Below, piece after piece: positions 8,869 through 19,070 of a DNA stretch of 64,000 bases (the stretch's first letter is position 1; each line of letters begins with the position of its first letter). Location: positions 2,112,001 through 2,176,000 of the forward strand of contig OZ271854.1 in assembly GCA_965601925.1 (NCBI GenBank), given 5' to 3'. The notes below the pieces were generated by a model, which saw nothing but the letters and a program-made list of their open reading frames with translations, had not been told where the DNA came from and made no database searches. This DNA comes from Alkalispirochaeta sp. Lineage in GTDB: Bacteria; Spirochaetota; Spirochaetia; DSM-27196; Alkalispirochaetaceae. The translations under genes and the position numbers were made by a program.

Positions 8869-8898
8869 TTGATCATAGGACGTTCGACGTCTTATGAT
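8869..8898 (+). promoter_or_regulatory. Promoter and palindromic operator of the apionate operon (likely FadR site)
   Basis: TTGATC-18 nt-TATGAT ending 5 nt before ATG 8904; palindrome ATCATAGGACGT-TCG-ACGTCTTATGAT (11/12 arm match) at 8872-8898. Confidence 0.6.
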
Positions 8899-8903
8899 TA
8901 GGC

Positions 8904-10571
8904 ATGAGTGGAGCGGAGCTCCGGTCGGGCGAACTGTGGTGCACCATCGACCTCGATCGCGGAGTTGTAACGGCCGTTCACCACGGCCGTGAGAGAGTCG
9001 CATATCGTGTTTATGCGGCGTATCGCGATGCGCGCTGGGGTACACCGACGCCCACTCTCTCGCATGTGGAGCGCAGCGGAAATCGGGCGCAGTTCATCTT
9101 CGACTACGGACGGGAGATCGGGATTCTCGGGAGTTTGACGGTGCACGTAACCCAGACGCAGATGACCGTCGAATATCGAGCATCGATCACGCATACGGTC
9201 AAACGAAATCGCCTCGGTCTCTGCTTGCTTCTTCCGATTTCACTTGCCGGCGCTCCGGCGACTGTGATTACCGACTCGGGACGCCGCGCGTTCGAGTTTC
9301 CCAAGCGCATATCACCGCATCAGCCGTGTGGGGACCTCCGCGGGATTGAGTTCGCAATGGGAGGGTGTATCGCCCGGTTCGATTTCCAGGGCGACCTCTT
9401 CGAGATGGAGGATCAACGCAACTGGACCGACTTCTCGTACAAGGTGTACTGCACGCCCCTTGCTCGCCCCGTTCCGGTCACACTGACGCCCGGAACGGTC
9501 GTGGAACAACGCATTACGCTTACCGTAGCGAGCGCGCCAGACGGAGAGAACGTGCGTGCGGCGACGAGCGACGAAGCGGACGCTCGTACACCCGCTCGAT
9601 TGCCGTTGATCGGCACGCGCCGGCTGGGAGCGCCTCCACCGGACGTCGACATACCGGTTGAATACCTGCGACACGAACTCGGAGCGACGGAATCTCCGTC
9701 GCCGCACCGTGTTCCGCTTCACATCTACTCGTGGTCGGCAACTCCTGATGGTGACGGCGTCCACGAGCCGGGTGATCGCGGGACGAGTGCAAACCCCCAC
9801 ACCGCCGCCCTCGCGGCGATCGTCGGTCGACCGTCGCTCGTGGGAACCGACGGCGCGTTCGCGGAGCTGAATCGGTCCCGCCCCCCCGCTTCTCCGGGGG
9901 GAGACGTCGTATTCACGATTTCGCCGCAGGTCCACGATGTCGATGACGATACGCTGATCGATAACCTCTTGGGAGTCCGCGACGCGATGGAGTCCGCACG
10001 CGCGATCTACCCGGAAACGCCGATCGGAATCGGATTGCTTGAGTTAACGCCGCACTTCAACCCTGCAGCGGGGGACCGGGAGACCAATGCACGCCGGCGC
10101 CGGAAAGATCCGCGTATCGCCGACGGATTCGGCCTTGCGTGGTTGTTCGCGGCACTATGCGAACTCGCGGCATCGGGGGCACGTTTCGTGACCGTCCTGG
10201 ACGAGGCTGGGCCGCACGGGTTCGTGCGCGGCAACACTCTGATTCCCGCCGCCCACCTGCTCTACGACGTGGCGTCTATTCCGGCGGACCGCAGTGTGGA
10301 GGTCCACCGCCGCGCCGACGCACGATCGGATGCGCACTACGCAATGACGTGGGCCGCGGGAGACGAGCGGGTGACACTTGCCGCAAATCTCTCTCCCGCT
10401 CCGTGGCGACTGTCCGCACTCCACGCGGATCGAATGCGTATCGTTACCCGAGCGTACCAACCGGTCGAGGCGGAGACGTTCGAGGAGCATCGAGTCGCGA
10501 CGCTTGTGCCGGCGCCGGAGACCATCGAGCTTCCGCCCGTATCATATCTTTACGCCGGCGGTGATCTATGA
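8904..10571 (+). CDS. apnL: D-apionate lactonase-like protein
   Basis: AYRDARWGT, NRLGLCLLLP, FPKRISPHQP, GDLFEMEDQRNWTDFSYKVY, FAELNR motifs; adjacent to apnO. Confidence 0.7.
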   Translation: MSGAELRSGELWCTIDLDRGVVTAVHHGRERVAYRVYAAYRDARWGTPTPTLSHVERSGNRAQFIFDYGREIGILGSLTVHVTQTQMTVEYRASITHTVKRNRLGLCLLLPISLAGAPATVITDSGRRAFEFPKRISPHQPCGDLRGIEFAMGGCIARFDFQGDLFEMEDQRNWTDFSYKVYCTPLARPVPVTLTPGTVVEQRITLTVASAPDGENVRAATSDEADARTPARLPLIGTRRLGAPPPDVDIPVEYLRHELGATESPSPHRVPLHIYSWSATPDGDGVHEPGDRGTSANPHTAALAAIVGRPSLVGTDGAFAELNRSRPPASPGGDVVFTISPQVHDVDDDTLIDNLLGVRDAMESARAIYPETPIGIGLLELTPHFNPAAGDRETNARRRRKDPRIADGFGLAWLFAALCELAASGARFVTVLDEAGPHGFVRGNTLIPAAHLLYDVASIPADRSVEVHRRADARSDAHYAMTWAAGDERVTLAANLSPAPWRLSALHADRMRIVTRAYQPVEAETFEEHRVATLVPAPETIELPPVSYLYAGGDL

Positions 10572-10831
10572 GTGCACGAGTCGGTGTCATCGGCGCCGCT
10601 TTCCGCGTGCGGTACCGAGCCGCCGTTCGGCGTCACATCAGGGATGGAAAGGCCACCGCTATCTGGAATCGGACCGCGGAGTACGCCGACGCGCTTGCGG
10701 CGGGGCCGTCGGTTCCGCGCCGCGCTTTTGAGCACAAGCGGCCCTCTACCCACCGCCGAGAGCTTCGCCGCCTACGAGTAGTGCAAAGCGGTGAGACGAT
10801 ATCGCGACAAAGGGGAGGAAACAATGTCTAA
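10568..10831 (+). pseudogene. Truncated Gfo/Idh/MocA oxidoreductase remnant
   Basis: ATGA-coupled to apnL; MSARVGVIGAAF...AIWNRTAEYADALA is the first Rossmann segment, but the ORF is only 87 codons. Confidence 0.55.
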
Positions 10832-11657
10832 TATTGCTCTATTCGGCGCCGGAGGAAAAATGGGATTTAGGTGCGCCCGCAATCTCGCGCAGAGCGAGTA
10901 TGCAGTCGATTACGTGGAAGTGTCCGATACCGGTAAGGATCGTCTGGGCGAACTGGGTGTGAACGTCACCGACGGAGACACGGCCGCTTCGCGCGCCGAT
11001 GTTGTGATACTCGCTGTCCCGGACAAGCGTATCGGCACCATTGCGAACACCGTAGTGCCGCGGATGAAGAGGGGATCGCTCGTGATGATACTCGATCCCG
11101 CGGCACCCCATGGGGGCAAGATTCCCGAACGCGACGGCGTGGGCGTCTTCGTTACCCATCCGTGTCATCCCCCGGTGGTGAACGACGAAACCGATCCGGA
11201 GGCGAAACGAGATTTCTACGGGGGGATCAAGGCCAAGCAGAACATCGTCTGCTCGATGTTCCGGGGTGACGAATCGGACTACGAGTTGGGCGAATCGGTC
11301 GCGCGTACGATCTTCGCTCCGGTGATGCGCAGTCATCGCATAACGGTTGAGCAGATGGCGATACTGGAGCCTGCAATGGCGGAGACGATCACGCTCACCC
11401 TCATGTTCACGATCCGCGAGGCGATGGAGGAGGCGATCAAGGCGGGAGTGCCGGAACAGGCAGCTCGCGACTTCATGCTCGGTCACATTAACGTAAACAT
11501 CGGAATTCTGTTCGGTTTTCTCGGTATCGAAGTCTCCGATGGAGCGAAGCGGGCGGTTGAGCGTGGCCGCTCATCGATTCTCAAGGAGAACTGGCGCGAT
11601 GTTTTCAAGCCCGACCGAGTGATGGAAGAGGTTATGGCCATCGTGAACGCGACGTGA
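10824..11657 (+). CDS. apnO: D-apionate oxidoisomerase
   Basis: IALFGAGGKMG, VILAVPD, LDPAAP, VTHPCHP, RITVEQMAILEP, ARDFMLGH; RBS GGAGG. Confidence 0.88.
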   Translation: MSNIALFGAGGKMGFRCARNLAQSEYAVDYVEVSDTGKDRLGELGVNVTDGDTAASRADVVILAVPDKRIGTIANTVVPRMKRGSLVMILDPAAPHGGKIPERDGVGVFVTHPCHPPVVNDETDPEAKRDFYGGIKAKQNIVCSMFRGDESDYELGESVARTIFAPVMRSHRITVEQMAILEPAMAETITLTLMFTIREAMEEAIKAGVPEQAARDFMLGHINVNIGILFGFLGIEVSDGAKRAVERGRSSILKENWRDVFKPDRVMEEVMAIVNAT

Positions 11658-12451
11658 AAATCGGAATCGGTACGTATACGCTGCCGTGGGCGTTCGGAAT
11701 CGGCGACTATCCGCGTCCACGCGATCCGATGACCGCTGATGCACTCCTTGACATAGCGCATGCGGAGGGCGTGGACGTTGTTCAGATCGCCGACAACGTG
11801 TCGCTTCACGAGCTTCCGGCGGAAGACGTTCGATCTCTATCCGAGAAAGCGAAGCGACTTGGTATCGAGGTTGAGCTCGGCACGCGCGGCATCGAACCGT
11901 CACAGATCCGCACCTACATTGAACTCTGCCGGCAGTGCAGCGCGCGTACGCTGCGCTCGGTGCCGGGGCCGCGGGCGAATGTAGACCGGATCGAGCGACA
12001 GGTCGCCGACGTAGTCGAAGAGCTCGCGAATGCCGGCGTAACGCTCTGCATCGAGAACTATGAGGGGGTATCCGTACGCGCCCTCGCCGAGATCGTACGA
12101 AGGATCGGCTCGCCGTCGGTCCGAATCTGTCTCGATTCCCTCAACTCTCTCGGGCGAGGCGAAGGCTTCGAGGAGGTGGTGAACTCCCTCGGCCGGTTGA
12201 CGGCGAATCTGCATGTAAAGGATTATAATGTGGAACGACTCGATCACCGCCTCGGCTTCCTCGTCTCCGGCAGACCGGCAGGCGAGGGCGATTTGCCGTT
12301 ACGCGATCTGATTTCGCGCGTGCCGCGGTCGTGTAACGCCGTCGTCGAGCTATGGACGCCCTGGCAGGGCGATATAGCGTCTACGTGCGAACAGGAGCGC
12401 CGGTGGATGAGACGAAGCATCACGAACCTGAGGAAGATACTGCATGAGTAG
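11654..12451 (+). CDS. Xylose-isomerase-like TIM barrel protein, probable 3-oxo-isoapionate decarboxylase (OiaC-like)
   Basis: KIGIGTYTLPW, VVQIAD, ELGTRG, CIENYE, ICLDSLN, LHVKD; GTGA-coupled to apnO. Confidence 0.7.
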   Translation: MKIGIGTYTLPWAFGIGDYPRPRDPMTADALLDIAHAEGVDVVQIADNVSLHELPAEDVRSLSEKAKRLGIEVELGTRGIEPSQIRTYIELCRQCSARTLRSVPGPRANVDRIERQVADVVEELANAGVTLCIENYEGVSVRALAEIVRRIGSPSVRICLDSLNSLGRGEGFEEVVNSLGRLTANLHVKDYNVERLDHRLGFLVSGRPAGEGDLPLRDLISRVPRSCNAVVELWTPWQGDIASTCEQERRWMRRSITNLRKILHE

Positions 12452-13160
12452 CACAAGCAAACGACCGACCGCCGTCGAAGAGGTGATGCATTCGGTCATC
12501 TCGCGCATACGGAGCGGCGAGCTTCTCCCCGGCGACCAACTACCGAACGAACAACAGATTGCTCTCGAGAACGGGGTCGGGCGTGGTTCGGTGCGAGAGG
12601 CGATGCGCATCTTGCGGTCGCTGGGAGTCGTCTCGGTCCGACACGGTGACGGGACGTTTGTATCACCTCCGGGAGAGTTACCGTACTTCGAGCCGCTCTT
12701 AGTCCGCCTGCTCCTCGACGGACCGACGATGGATCAACTTCGCGAGCTCAGGCTCGTCGTCGAATGGGGGATGCTCCCACTCATTCTCTCGAATCGGACG
12801 ACCGAGGACTTGGAAGCGCTCGCCAAGGCGGTGACGACGTTGCGAGACGAGGCGTCCCTCGCCGACACGTCGGCGAGTCGTCTGGTCGAACTCGACCTTG
12901 CGTTCCATCGCGCCCTTGCCGATGCCACGCACAATCCGGCCGTGGCAAGGCTCTATCGGACGATTATGGAACTCTATACACCGGCAATTGCCGGCGCGTA
13001 CGAATCGCATGAACCCGCTTCCGCCGGGGCCCAGCTCCACGAATCCCTGCTGACGGCAATCGGCTCACGGGACCGAAGTGCCGCCGAGGAGTCGCTCCGC
13101 GACGCCGCCGGCGCGTGGGGTGCGTGGAAAGAGCGAAGCGATCCCAATTCATCTATGTGA
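12444..13160 (+). CDS. FadR/GntR family transcriptional regulator
   Basis: GELLPGDQLPNE...GVGRGSVREAMRIL...HGDGTFV wHTH; FCD domain DLAFH...ATHNP. Confidence 0.93.
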   Translation: MSSTSKRPTAVEEVMHSVISRIRSGELLPGDQLPNEQQIALENGVGRGSVREAMRILRSLGVVSVRHGDGTFVSPPGELPYFEPLLVRLLLDGPTMDQLRELRLVVEWGMLPLILSNRTTEDLEALAKAVTTLRDEASLADTSASRLVELDLAFHRALADATHNPAVARLYRTIMELYTPAIAGAYESHEPASAGAQLHESLLTAIGSRDRSAAEESLRDAAGAWGAWKERSDPNSSM

Positions 13161-13200
13161 GGCGAACGCACCTTTCACGACTACGTAGCGAGAAAACAAG

Positions 13201-14157
13201 CTACTCCGCCCTCACGCTCTTTTTGCTCGCAATAAAAAGTACCAGTATTATTAACAGGCCGGTGAGGATATTCTGACCTCCGATTCTCATTCCCGCGACT
13301 TGCATGGTGGTTACCAGGATGGTGAGAAAGAGACTTCCGATAAGCGTACCCAAAGGCACCGCCCTCCCGCCCGAAATCAGGGAACCTCCGACGACGACGC
13401 TCGCCACACTCTGCAACAGGTAGGGGTCTCCCAAACCGAGAAAGGCTCCGCCTACGCGAGCGGCGATCATTATACCGCCGAACGCGGCAAGGACTCCGCT
13501 GAACATGTAGGCGATGGATTGAATCATCACGACATTGACGCCCGCCAGTCGGGCGGCTCTGACGTTCTGCCCCAGAGCGATGAGATTCCTTCCGAATTTC
13601 GTGTAGCGGAGTAGAAAGGTCAGCAGTGTTACAAGAACGAGGGCGACGATAAGGATGGTAGGAAGCACTCCGAAAACACGGTTTCGCGACACGCGAAGAA
13701 GCAACGGCGAAACATCAAAGGCTCTGAAGTTCCTATTATACAAGAGTATCGCCGTTGTGACGATGTAACTCATACCCAAGGTAGCGATGATAGGCGGTAT
13801 ATTCAGAAAGAGTACATTAATTGAGTTCAAAAAACCGATTGCGGCTCCTATGACCAACACGAACGGAATGACATAGATCAGATTGGCGTCACTTCCGTTG
13901 ATCATCCCGGTCGAAACAAAGGCCGCGAGGGTTATCACACTTGGAATTGAGAGATCGATAGCCCCACCGCCGGTGGTGATTACTATCATTTGACCCATCG
14001 CCACAATCGCCAAAAACGACGCGGTCGTCGAGATGGCGATCAGACTTTCCAAATTCAGTCCACCCGAAAAAAGGCCGAGCAGTGACCACAGTACGATCGA
14101 CCCCACCAACGGCCAAATCCAAGACTTTTCGGAAAGTGCCCTAAACACTGCCTTCAT
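13201..14157 (-). CDS. Sugar ABC transporter permease (RbsC type)
   Basis: GGGAIDLS, IPPIIATLG, YTKFGRNLIALGQNVRAARLAGVN; multiple TM segments. Confidence 0.93.
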   Translation of the reverse strand: MKAVFRALSEKSWIWPLVGSIVLWSLLGLFSGGLNLESLIAISTTASFLAIVAMGQMIVITTGGGAIDLSIPSVITLAAFVSTGMINGSDANLIYVIPFVLVIGAAIGFLNSINVLFLNIPPIIATLGMSYIVTTAILLYNRNFRAFDVSPLLLRVSRNRVFGVLPTILIVALVLVTLLTFLLRYTKFGRNLIALGQNVRAARLAGVNVVMIQSIAYMFSGVLAAFGGIMIAARVGGAFLGLGDPYLLQSVASVVVGGSLISGGRAVPLGTLIGSLFLTILVTTMQVAGMRIGGQNILTGLLIILVLFIASKKSVRAE

Positions 14158-16570
14158 ACCTTCTGTTTCTCAAAAGACGGGTGGCAAGAATGGTCAGAAG
14201 AATCAGTCCCTGCACAGCCGTGACATAACTTGAGCTCAGTCGCATGAATCCCAAGAGTGCGCCGACCAAAGAGAGCGTAACGGCACCGATAATTGTACCT
14301 ACCGGGGAGACGAACCCACCGAGTAGTTTACTGCCCCCCATCACCACCGCCGCAATGGTCAGCATGGTGTAGGATGCCGTGGAGTTGGCGTCCGATGCCC
14401 CGGTATAGGTGGTTATCGCCATTCCGCCTATGGTAGCGAAAAACGCCGCAATGCAGTATCCGCCGATGTAGGCCGAGACCGTACGCCATCCACTGTTTTC
14501 CATCGCAGCGGGATTGTTTCCAAATCCTCGTAACGCCGTACCGTATTTGGATCTATAGAAAAAGAATATCGCCGCGCTGATAAGGAGGATCAACACGATA
14601 CTCTGGGGAATCGGAAAATCGAGGCGAAAGAGTCCTGTCAACCACTCCGGCGACGATCCGCCGGGCCTATCTTGGATGGTGTACGCGATACCGGTCCAGA
14701 CAAACGACATTCCCATAGTGACGATCACCGCGGGAATTTTTCGAACATAGATTAACGCGCCCATAAGGCCGTACACCGCTATCGAGAGGCACAGAAAGAG
14801 AGCACCCAACAGCGGATTTTCAACCAAAATGGTGGCGCAGAGAACGTTGACGAGGCCCATATAGGCACCTACGCTGAGATCGACATGGCTCAAGCCGATA
14901 ATGAGCATCTGGCAGACCGCCGCACAGACCAGGGGTATGGAACCGGTGAGAAGAAGATCGACGCCGAACCAGGTAAAGACGTTTCTTTGATAGAGGCCGC
15001 TTACGACAAAAACCAGTGCCAGCGCCACTGCCGGTACGACCAAATTCATTTCAAAAGGAATACGCGTTTGTTCTTTTCGTCCCCCGCGCTTTAAGAGGTC
15101 TTCACCCTTGAAGCTCGATTCAACGATGTGTGCCTTTGATATGTCCGCTCGATTCAGCTCATCGACGACATGGCCGTAACGAAAGACCAGTACTCTGGTA
15201 CAATTGAGGAACTCGTCGTCTTCCGTGCTGTACCACACGACAAGTTTACCGTTCTCCGCCGCTTCCCTAAAAAGGGCGTACATCTGTTGTTTTGTATCGA
15301 CGTCGACTCCCTTCGTCGGATCGTCCAAAAAAATGATGTCGGAGTCGGAAATCAGCGATCTGGCGACCAACACCTTTTGCTGGTTTCCCCCGGAAAGGGA
15401 AAGAATCCCCGAATCCACGGTGTCGGCCTTGATGCGCAGTCTTTCGAACCAATGCTTCGCCCTTCCGGCGATCTCCTTTACGTCGATCGGTTTGAAGAGC
15501 GATAGCTTGTTGTACTCCGTGATTCCGATGTTGTCTTTCACGGGCCAGAGAGGAAAGATTCCCTCTTTTCTTCTGTCTCCGCTGATGTAACAGATGTCGT
15601 GGCTCTTTTTGATCGACCTCTTTGATAATCCGGTGGGAGAAAAAAAGATCTCCTTCATGAAATCTTGTTGGCCGTTTCCGTCGAGGCCCGATATGCCGAT
15701 CAACTCCCCGCCGTTTAGCCGACATCGGATGTCGTGGAGTCTCCTCGTGTTGAGATTTTCGACGACGATCTCTACCTTCGAATTGATGCGAGACTCTATC
15801 AACCCACTTTCAATCTCCGGGTTGACCCGTTCGTCACGCGTCATTTTTTCCACAAGGAACGATTCGCTCACATCCCGATTTTCACCCGCCCACTCGATGG
15901 AGCCGTTTCTCATTACAACGAACCGACTCGCGATGCTGAGAACCTCTTTGAGCCTATGGGTAACCAAGATGATGGAAACGCCACGCTCCGACAGCTTCTT
16001 TAAATAGGCTAAGAGCTGTTCGGTTTCATTACTTCCGAGGGATGACGTCGGTTCGTCCAGTATCAGTAGTTTGAGATCCGTTACGCTGACCGCCCTGGCT
16101 ATCTCCACCATCTGTCTCTGATTTATAGGCATCTCTTGAATCAGCTGAGACGAATTGATGCCGTTTCCAGGAAAGGCGTCGTTCAATGCACGGCGCGTTT
16201 TGTCGGAGACGGCGTTTCTCCATCGTTGCGTTCCTTTGTAGAGATCGTGATGCTCGATGAAGAAGTTTTCGCGGACGTCGAGATTGGAACACAACGAGAG
16301 CTCTTGGTATACCACGCGTATTCCCATTCTGCTTGCGGAACGGGGAGAGTAGTGCTCGGGGTCAACGCCACGGCCACCGATCGTTACGAGACCGCCGTCC
16401 GGCCGCGTGACTCCGGAGACGACACGGCCCAGTGTGCTTTTACCGGCTCCGTTGGACCCGATTAGACCGATGATCTCGCCGGGGTTGACGGCCAGAGAGA
16501 CGCCCTTCAGGGCCGTCGTAGCCCCGTATTGTTTCCTGATGCCTGCGATTTCGATGAAACTGTCAGCCAT
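14141..16570 (-). CDS. Sugar ABC transporter, fused tandem ATPase (RbsA type) + permease
   Basis: GSNGAGKST, LILDEPT, LSGGNQQKV, FLDDPTKGVD, then a hydrophobic RbsC-like domain (HVDLSVG, GNNPAA) in the same frame. Confidence 0.9.
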   Translation of the reverse strand: MADSFIEIAGIRKQYGATTALKGVSLAVNPGEIIGLIGSNGAGKSTLGRVVSGVTRPDGGLVTIGGRGVDPEHYSPRSASRMGIRVVYQELSLCSNLDVRENFFIEHHDLYKGTQRWRNAVSDKTRRALNDAFPGNGINSSQLIQEMPINQRQMVEIARAVSVTDLKLLILDEPTSSLGSNETEQLLAYLKKLSERGVSIILVTHRLKEVLSIASRFVVMRNGSIEWAGENRDVSESFLVEKMTRDERVNPEIESGLIESRINSKVEIVVENLNTRRLHDIRCRLNGGELIGISGLDGNGQQDFMKEIFFSPTGLSKRSIKKSHDICYISGDRRKEGIFPLWPVKDNIGITEYNKLSLFKPIDVKEIAGRAKHWFERLRIKADTVDSGILSLSGGNQQKVLVARSLISDSDIIFLDDPTKGVDVDTKQQMYALFREAAENGKLVVWYSTEDDEFLNCTRVLVFRYGHVVDELNRADISKAHIVESSFKGEDLLKRGGRKEQTRIPFEMNLVVPAVALALVFVVSGLYQRNVFTWFGVDLLLTGSIPLVCAAVCQMLIIGLSHVDLSVGAYMGLVNVLCATILVENPLLGALFLCLSIAVYGLMGALIYVRKIPAVIVTMGMSFVWTGIAYTIQDRPGGSSPEWLTGLFRLDFPIPQSIVLILLISAAIFFFYRSKYGTALRGFGNNPAAMENSGWRTVSAYIGGYCIAAFFATIGGMAITTYTGASDANSTASYTMLTIAAVVMGGSKLLGGFVSPVGTIIGAVTLSLVGALLGFMRLSSSYVTAVQGLILLTILATRLLRNRRYEGSV

Positions 16571-16641
16571 TCTGTTTGAAGGGGCATCGGACGGCGCCCG
16601 CGTTCTCAACCGAGGGACACGATCCGATACCGGGCTTTACG

Positions 16642-17670
16642 CTACTGATTGAGAATGTTGGTGTACACCCATCCCTCGTCGTAGTTCTGGGCGATGACCG
16701 TACCGGGATCGATGCCTCGATATAGGTCCAAACCGTCGTTGGTCAAGGCCACCAGGGGCATCATCATCAAGTTCGGCACATCTCGTCCCTCAAGTATTCC
16801 CAGGGATAGCCAAAAAGCTACGGCTCCTATGCTCGGCTCAGTGCCGAGACTGATGGTTTCGTAGCCGTTTGTCTCGGTTTCCTCGATCCACCATCGAATA
16901 AACTCCGCCCGGTTGCCGCCGATAACGACGGGAATTTCTCTGCCCGCAGCCTCATACGCCTGAACGACCCCGTAGGCGCCGCCCATGGTGATAACCGCAT
17001 CGATATCACCGAGGCTCGGCAGGACGTTGGCCACCGCATTCTGCGTCGTCGGTGTATCCGCTTCTCCGTTTACTTCGGCAACGACTTCGATTCCGGGATT
17101 CTCGCTGAGAACGCTGGTCACCCCGGCGTAGTAGCCGATCTCGGGAGCCGAACCCTGGATCCCCCTGACGATGAGTACTCTGGCCTCTCCACCGAACCGA
17201 TCCACGATGTACTGAGTTTGAATTGACCCCCAGCTTTCAAAATCGTAATCCAGCTTGTAGGCGTTGTCGCTCGTAACGATTGAGTCGAACGCGATCACCT
17301 CGATACCTTGCTGAACCGCTTGATCGATCACACCGTTCAATGCCGTGGGCGAAGCCGCGTTGATGCAAATTGCGTCAACGCCGCTCAGAATGAGACTGTT
17401 CATCTGAGCTATCTGCTGATTTTGAGTTCCGTCACCGTTTGCCACAATGAAATCGGCGATCAATCCGCGCTCTTTAGCTTCGTTGGCCGCTTCTTCAAAA
17501 GCATCGACCATCTGTTTCCGCCATGAGTTCCCGTAGAATGAGTTTGATAAGGCGATTACGTAACCATCGTCCTCTTCTTCCGGCGCACCCTCGGAACTCC
17601 CCCCGGCCGTCAGAAGCGCGCAGGGTATCAGAAGAAGGAAAAGCACACTCCAATTTCTTTTGATAATCAT
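16642..17670 (-). CDS. Sugar ABC transporter substrate-binding protein
   Basis: Signal peptide ending AGGSSE; IALSNSFYGNSWRKQM, GVDAICINAASPTALNGVI. Confidence 0.92.
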   Translation of the reverse strand: MIIKRNWSVLFLLLIPCALLTAGGSSEGAPEEEDDGYVIALSNSFYGNSWRKQMVDAFEEAANEAKERGLIADFIVANGDGTQNQQIAQMNSLILSGVDAICINAASPTALNGVIDQAVQQGIEVIAFDSIVTSDNAYKLDYDFESWGSIQTQYIVDRFGGEARVLIVRGIQGSAPEIGYYAGVTSVLSENPGIEVVAEVNGEADTPTTQNAVANVLPSLGDIDAVITMGGAYGVVQAYEAAGREIPVVIGGNRAEFIRWWIEETETNGYETISLGTEPSIGAVAFWLSLGILEGRDVPNLMMMPLVALTNDGLDLYRGIDPGTVIAQNYDEGWVYTNILNQ

Positions 17671-17686
17671 AGAATCCCCTGAAGAA

Positions 17687-17707
17687 ATCATACATCATAT
17701 GTCCGAC
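17687..17707. promoter_or_regulatory. Heptad repeats, putative FadR operator upstream of the SBP gene
   Basis: ATCATAC-ATCATAT-GTCCGAC tandem heptamers, similar to ATCATAG/GTTCGAC/GTCTTAT in the apnL operator. Confidence 0.4.
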
Positions 17708-18219
17708 GAATACAACGTTTTTCTCGTCCGTATCGCGACTTGATGCCTGATGATGATCGGTGCTTATTCGGACGTGCGACGTTGCGCCCCCCGGCAGATT
17801 CCGGTCGGAATGGGCGCGCTCGCGGAAGGCGAGGAGCTTGCGAGGACCAAGCGTCCTCGCTATTCGGTGATCTGCAAGCCGCGCATTACGCCGATTTCGA
17901 ACCGTACGTGACTCCCAAGTCGCCCCGTGCGTCGTCGAACACCGGGAGCTCAAGAAGCGCGTAGTCGATTCCGGTTGCGGTATTGCGTACCAAAATGGGC
18001 CGCGGACTGCGTATTCGAACGGATCGAGTAGCCCGGTAGCCCCGCAGCTGATGAACGTGCATCGCCGCGGCGGACGCGCCGTCGGCGTCACCAACAAGGA
18101 GCGGCGGAGACGCCTCCGGCAGCGGTGTATGTGCGGGCACTCAACACAAACGCTGGAGTTCCGCTCTCCGATCGGGATAGAACCCGAGCGCGTCGAATGA
18201 GCGTGAGGGGTGTGACGTC

Positions 18220-19053
18220 TCATGTAACCGTTTTTCCGGCAGTCCGGCGTTCGGCAAAGAGCTCACGATCCCGAACCGCGATGATCGTCGCAACCGCGGC
18301 CAGGACGGCCGTCTGGATCATCTTGGTAGTCTGCGTTATCGCCAACAACTCCTGCGACAGGTTGATTGCGAGGTGGAAGACGATGGCCACCGGGATGCTC
18401 TTTCCGTTTCGCGCCCAGACCCAGTTGATGATCACACCGAGAGGAACGATAGCGACGAAGAAGTTTATCGCGTAGAGCCGGTTCTGCTGGAGAATCTCGT
18501 ACTGATACGAGTCCCGCACAAAGAGGAGCGGAGCGTGCCACACCGACCAAAGGATACCGAAAATGAGCGATGCCTTGAGGTAGCCGTAACGGCTCTGCAG
18601 GCTGTCGAACGCGTATCCCCGCCAACCCAGCTCCTCGAACGTCGCGGCCATGAGGAGTAGGAGCAGCACCGGTACGGAACCGGTGGAGAACGAGAAGCCC
18701 CCGGTCGGTTGGAACTGGCTCAACGGTCCGCCCACCGTCAGCGACAGGAGAGCCGACACAACTACAACCAGCGGCATGAGAAAGAGTATTACCGGGACCA
18801 TACGAAGGCGAATGAGCCGTAGGTTAAAGAGCCGGTTCAGGAAGTCCCGGCGCATCTGCCGCTCACCCGATGAAAACGTCATGACCGCGGAGACGATACA
18901 CGGCGCCATAAGGCCGGGAAGCATAAAGACCATGTAGAGCCCTTGCAGGCGCTCATGAAAGCTGGCGTAGGCGCCGGCAAACCAGAACGCGAAGGACGCG
19001 GTGAAGGTGACGGCGAAGTACCGGACGGGTTTGTACGTTTTGGTAGATATCAT
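18220..19053 (-). CDS. CPBP (CAAX/Abi) family intramembrane glutamic endopeptidase
   Basis: FEELGWRGY, ILWSVWHAP, AIVFHLAIN motifs; RBS GAGGAGG. Confidence 0.93.
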   Translation of the reverse strand: MISTKTYKPVRYFAVTFTASFAFWFAGAYASFHERLQGLYMVFMLPGLMAPCIVSAVMTFSSGERQMRRDFLNRLFNLRLIRLRMVPVILFLMPLVVVVSALLSLTVGGPLSQFQPTGGFSFSTGSVPVLLLLLMAATFEELGWRGYAFDSLQSRYGYLKASLIFGILWSVWHAPLLFVRDSYQYEILQQNRLYAINFFVAIVPLGVIINWVWARNGKSIPVAIVFHLAINLSQELLAITQTTKMIQTAVLAAVATIIAVRDRELFAERRTAGKTVT

Positions 19054-19070
19054 CGTTATGCCTCCTCGAA

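Noticed and set aside
17886..18140. 84-aa minus-strand ORF between the CPBP and SBP genes
   Set aside because: No RBS or recognisable motif; at best an unidentifiable fragment.
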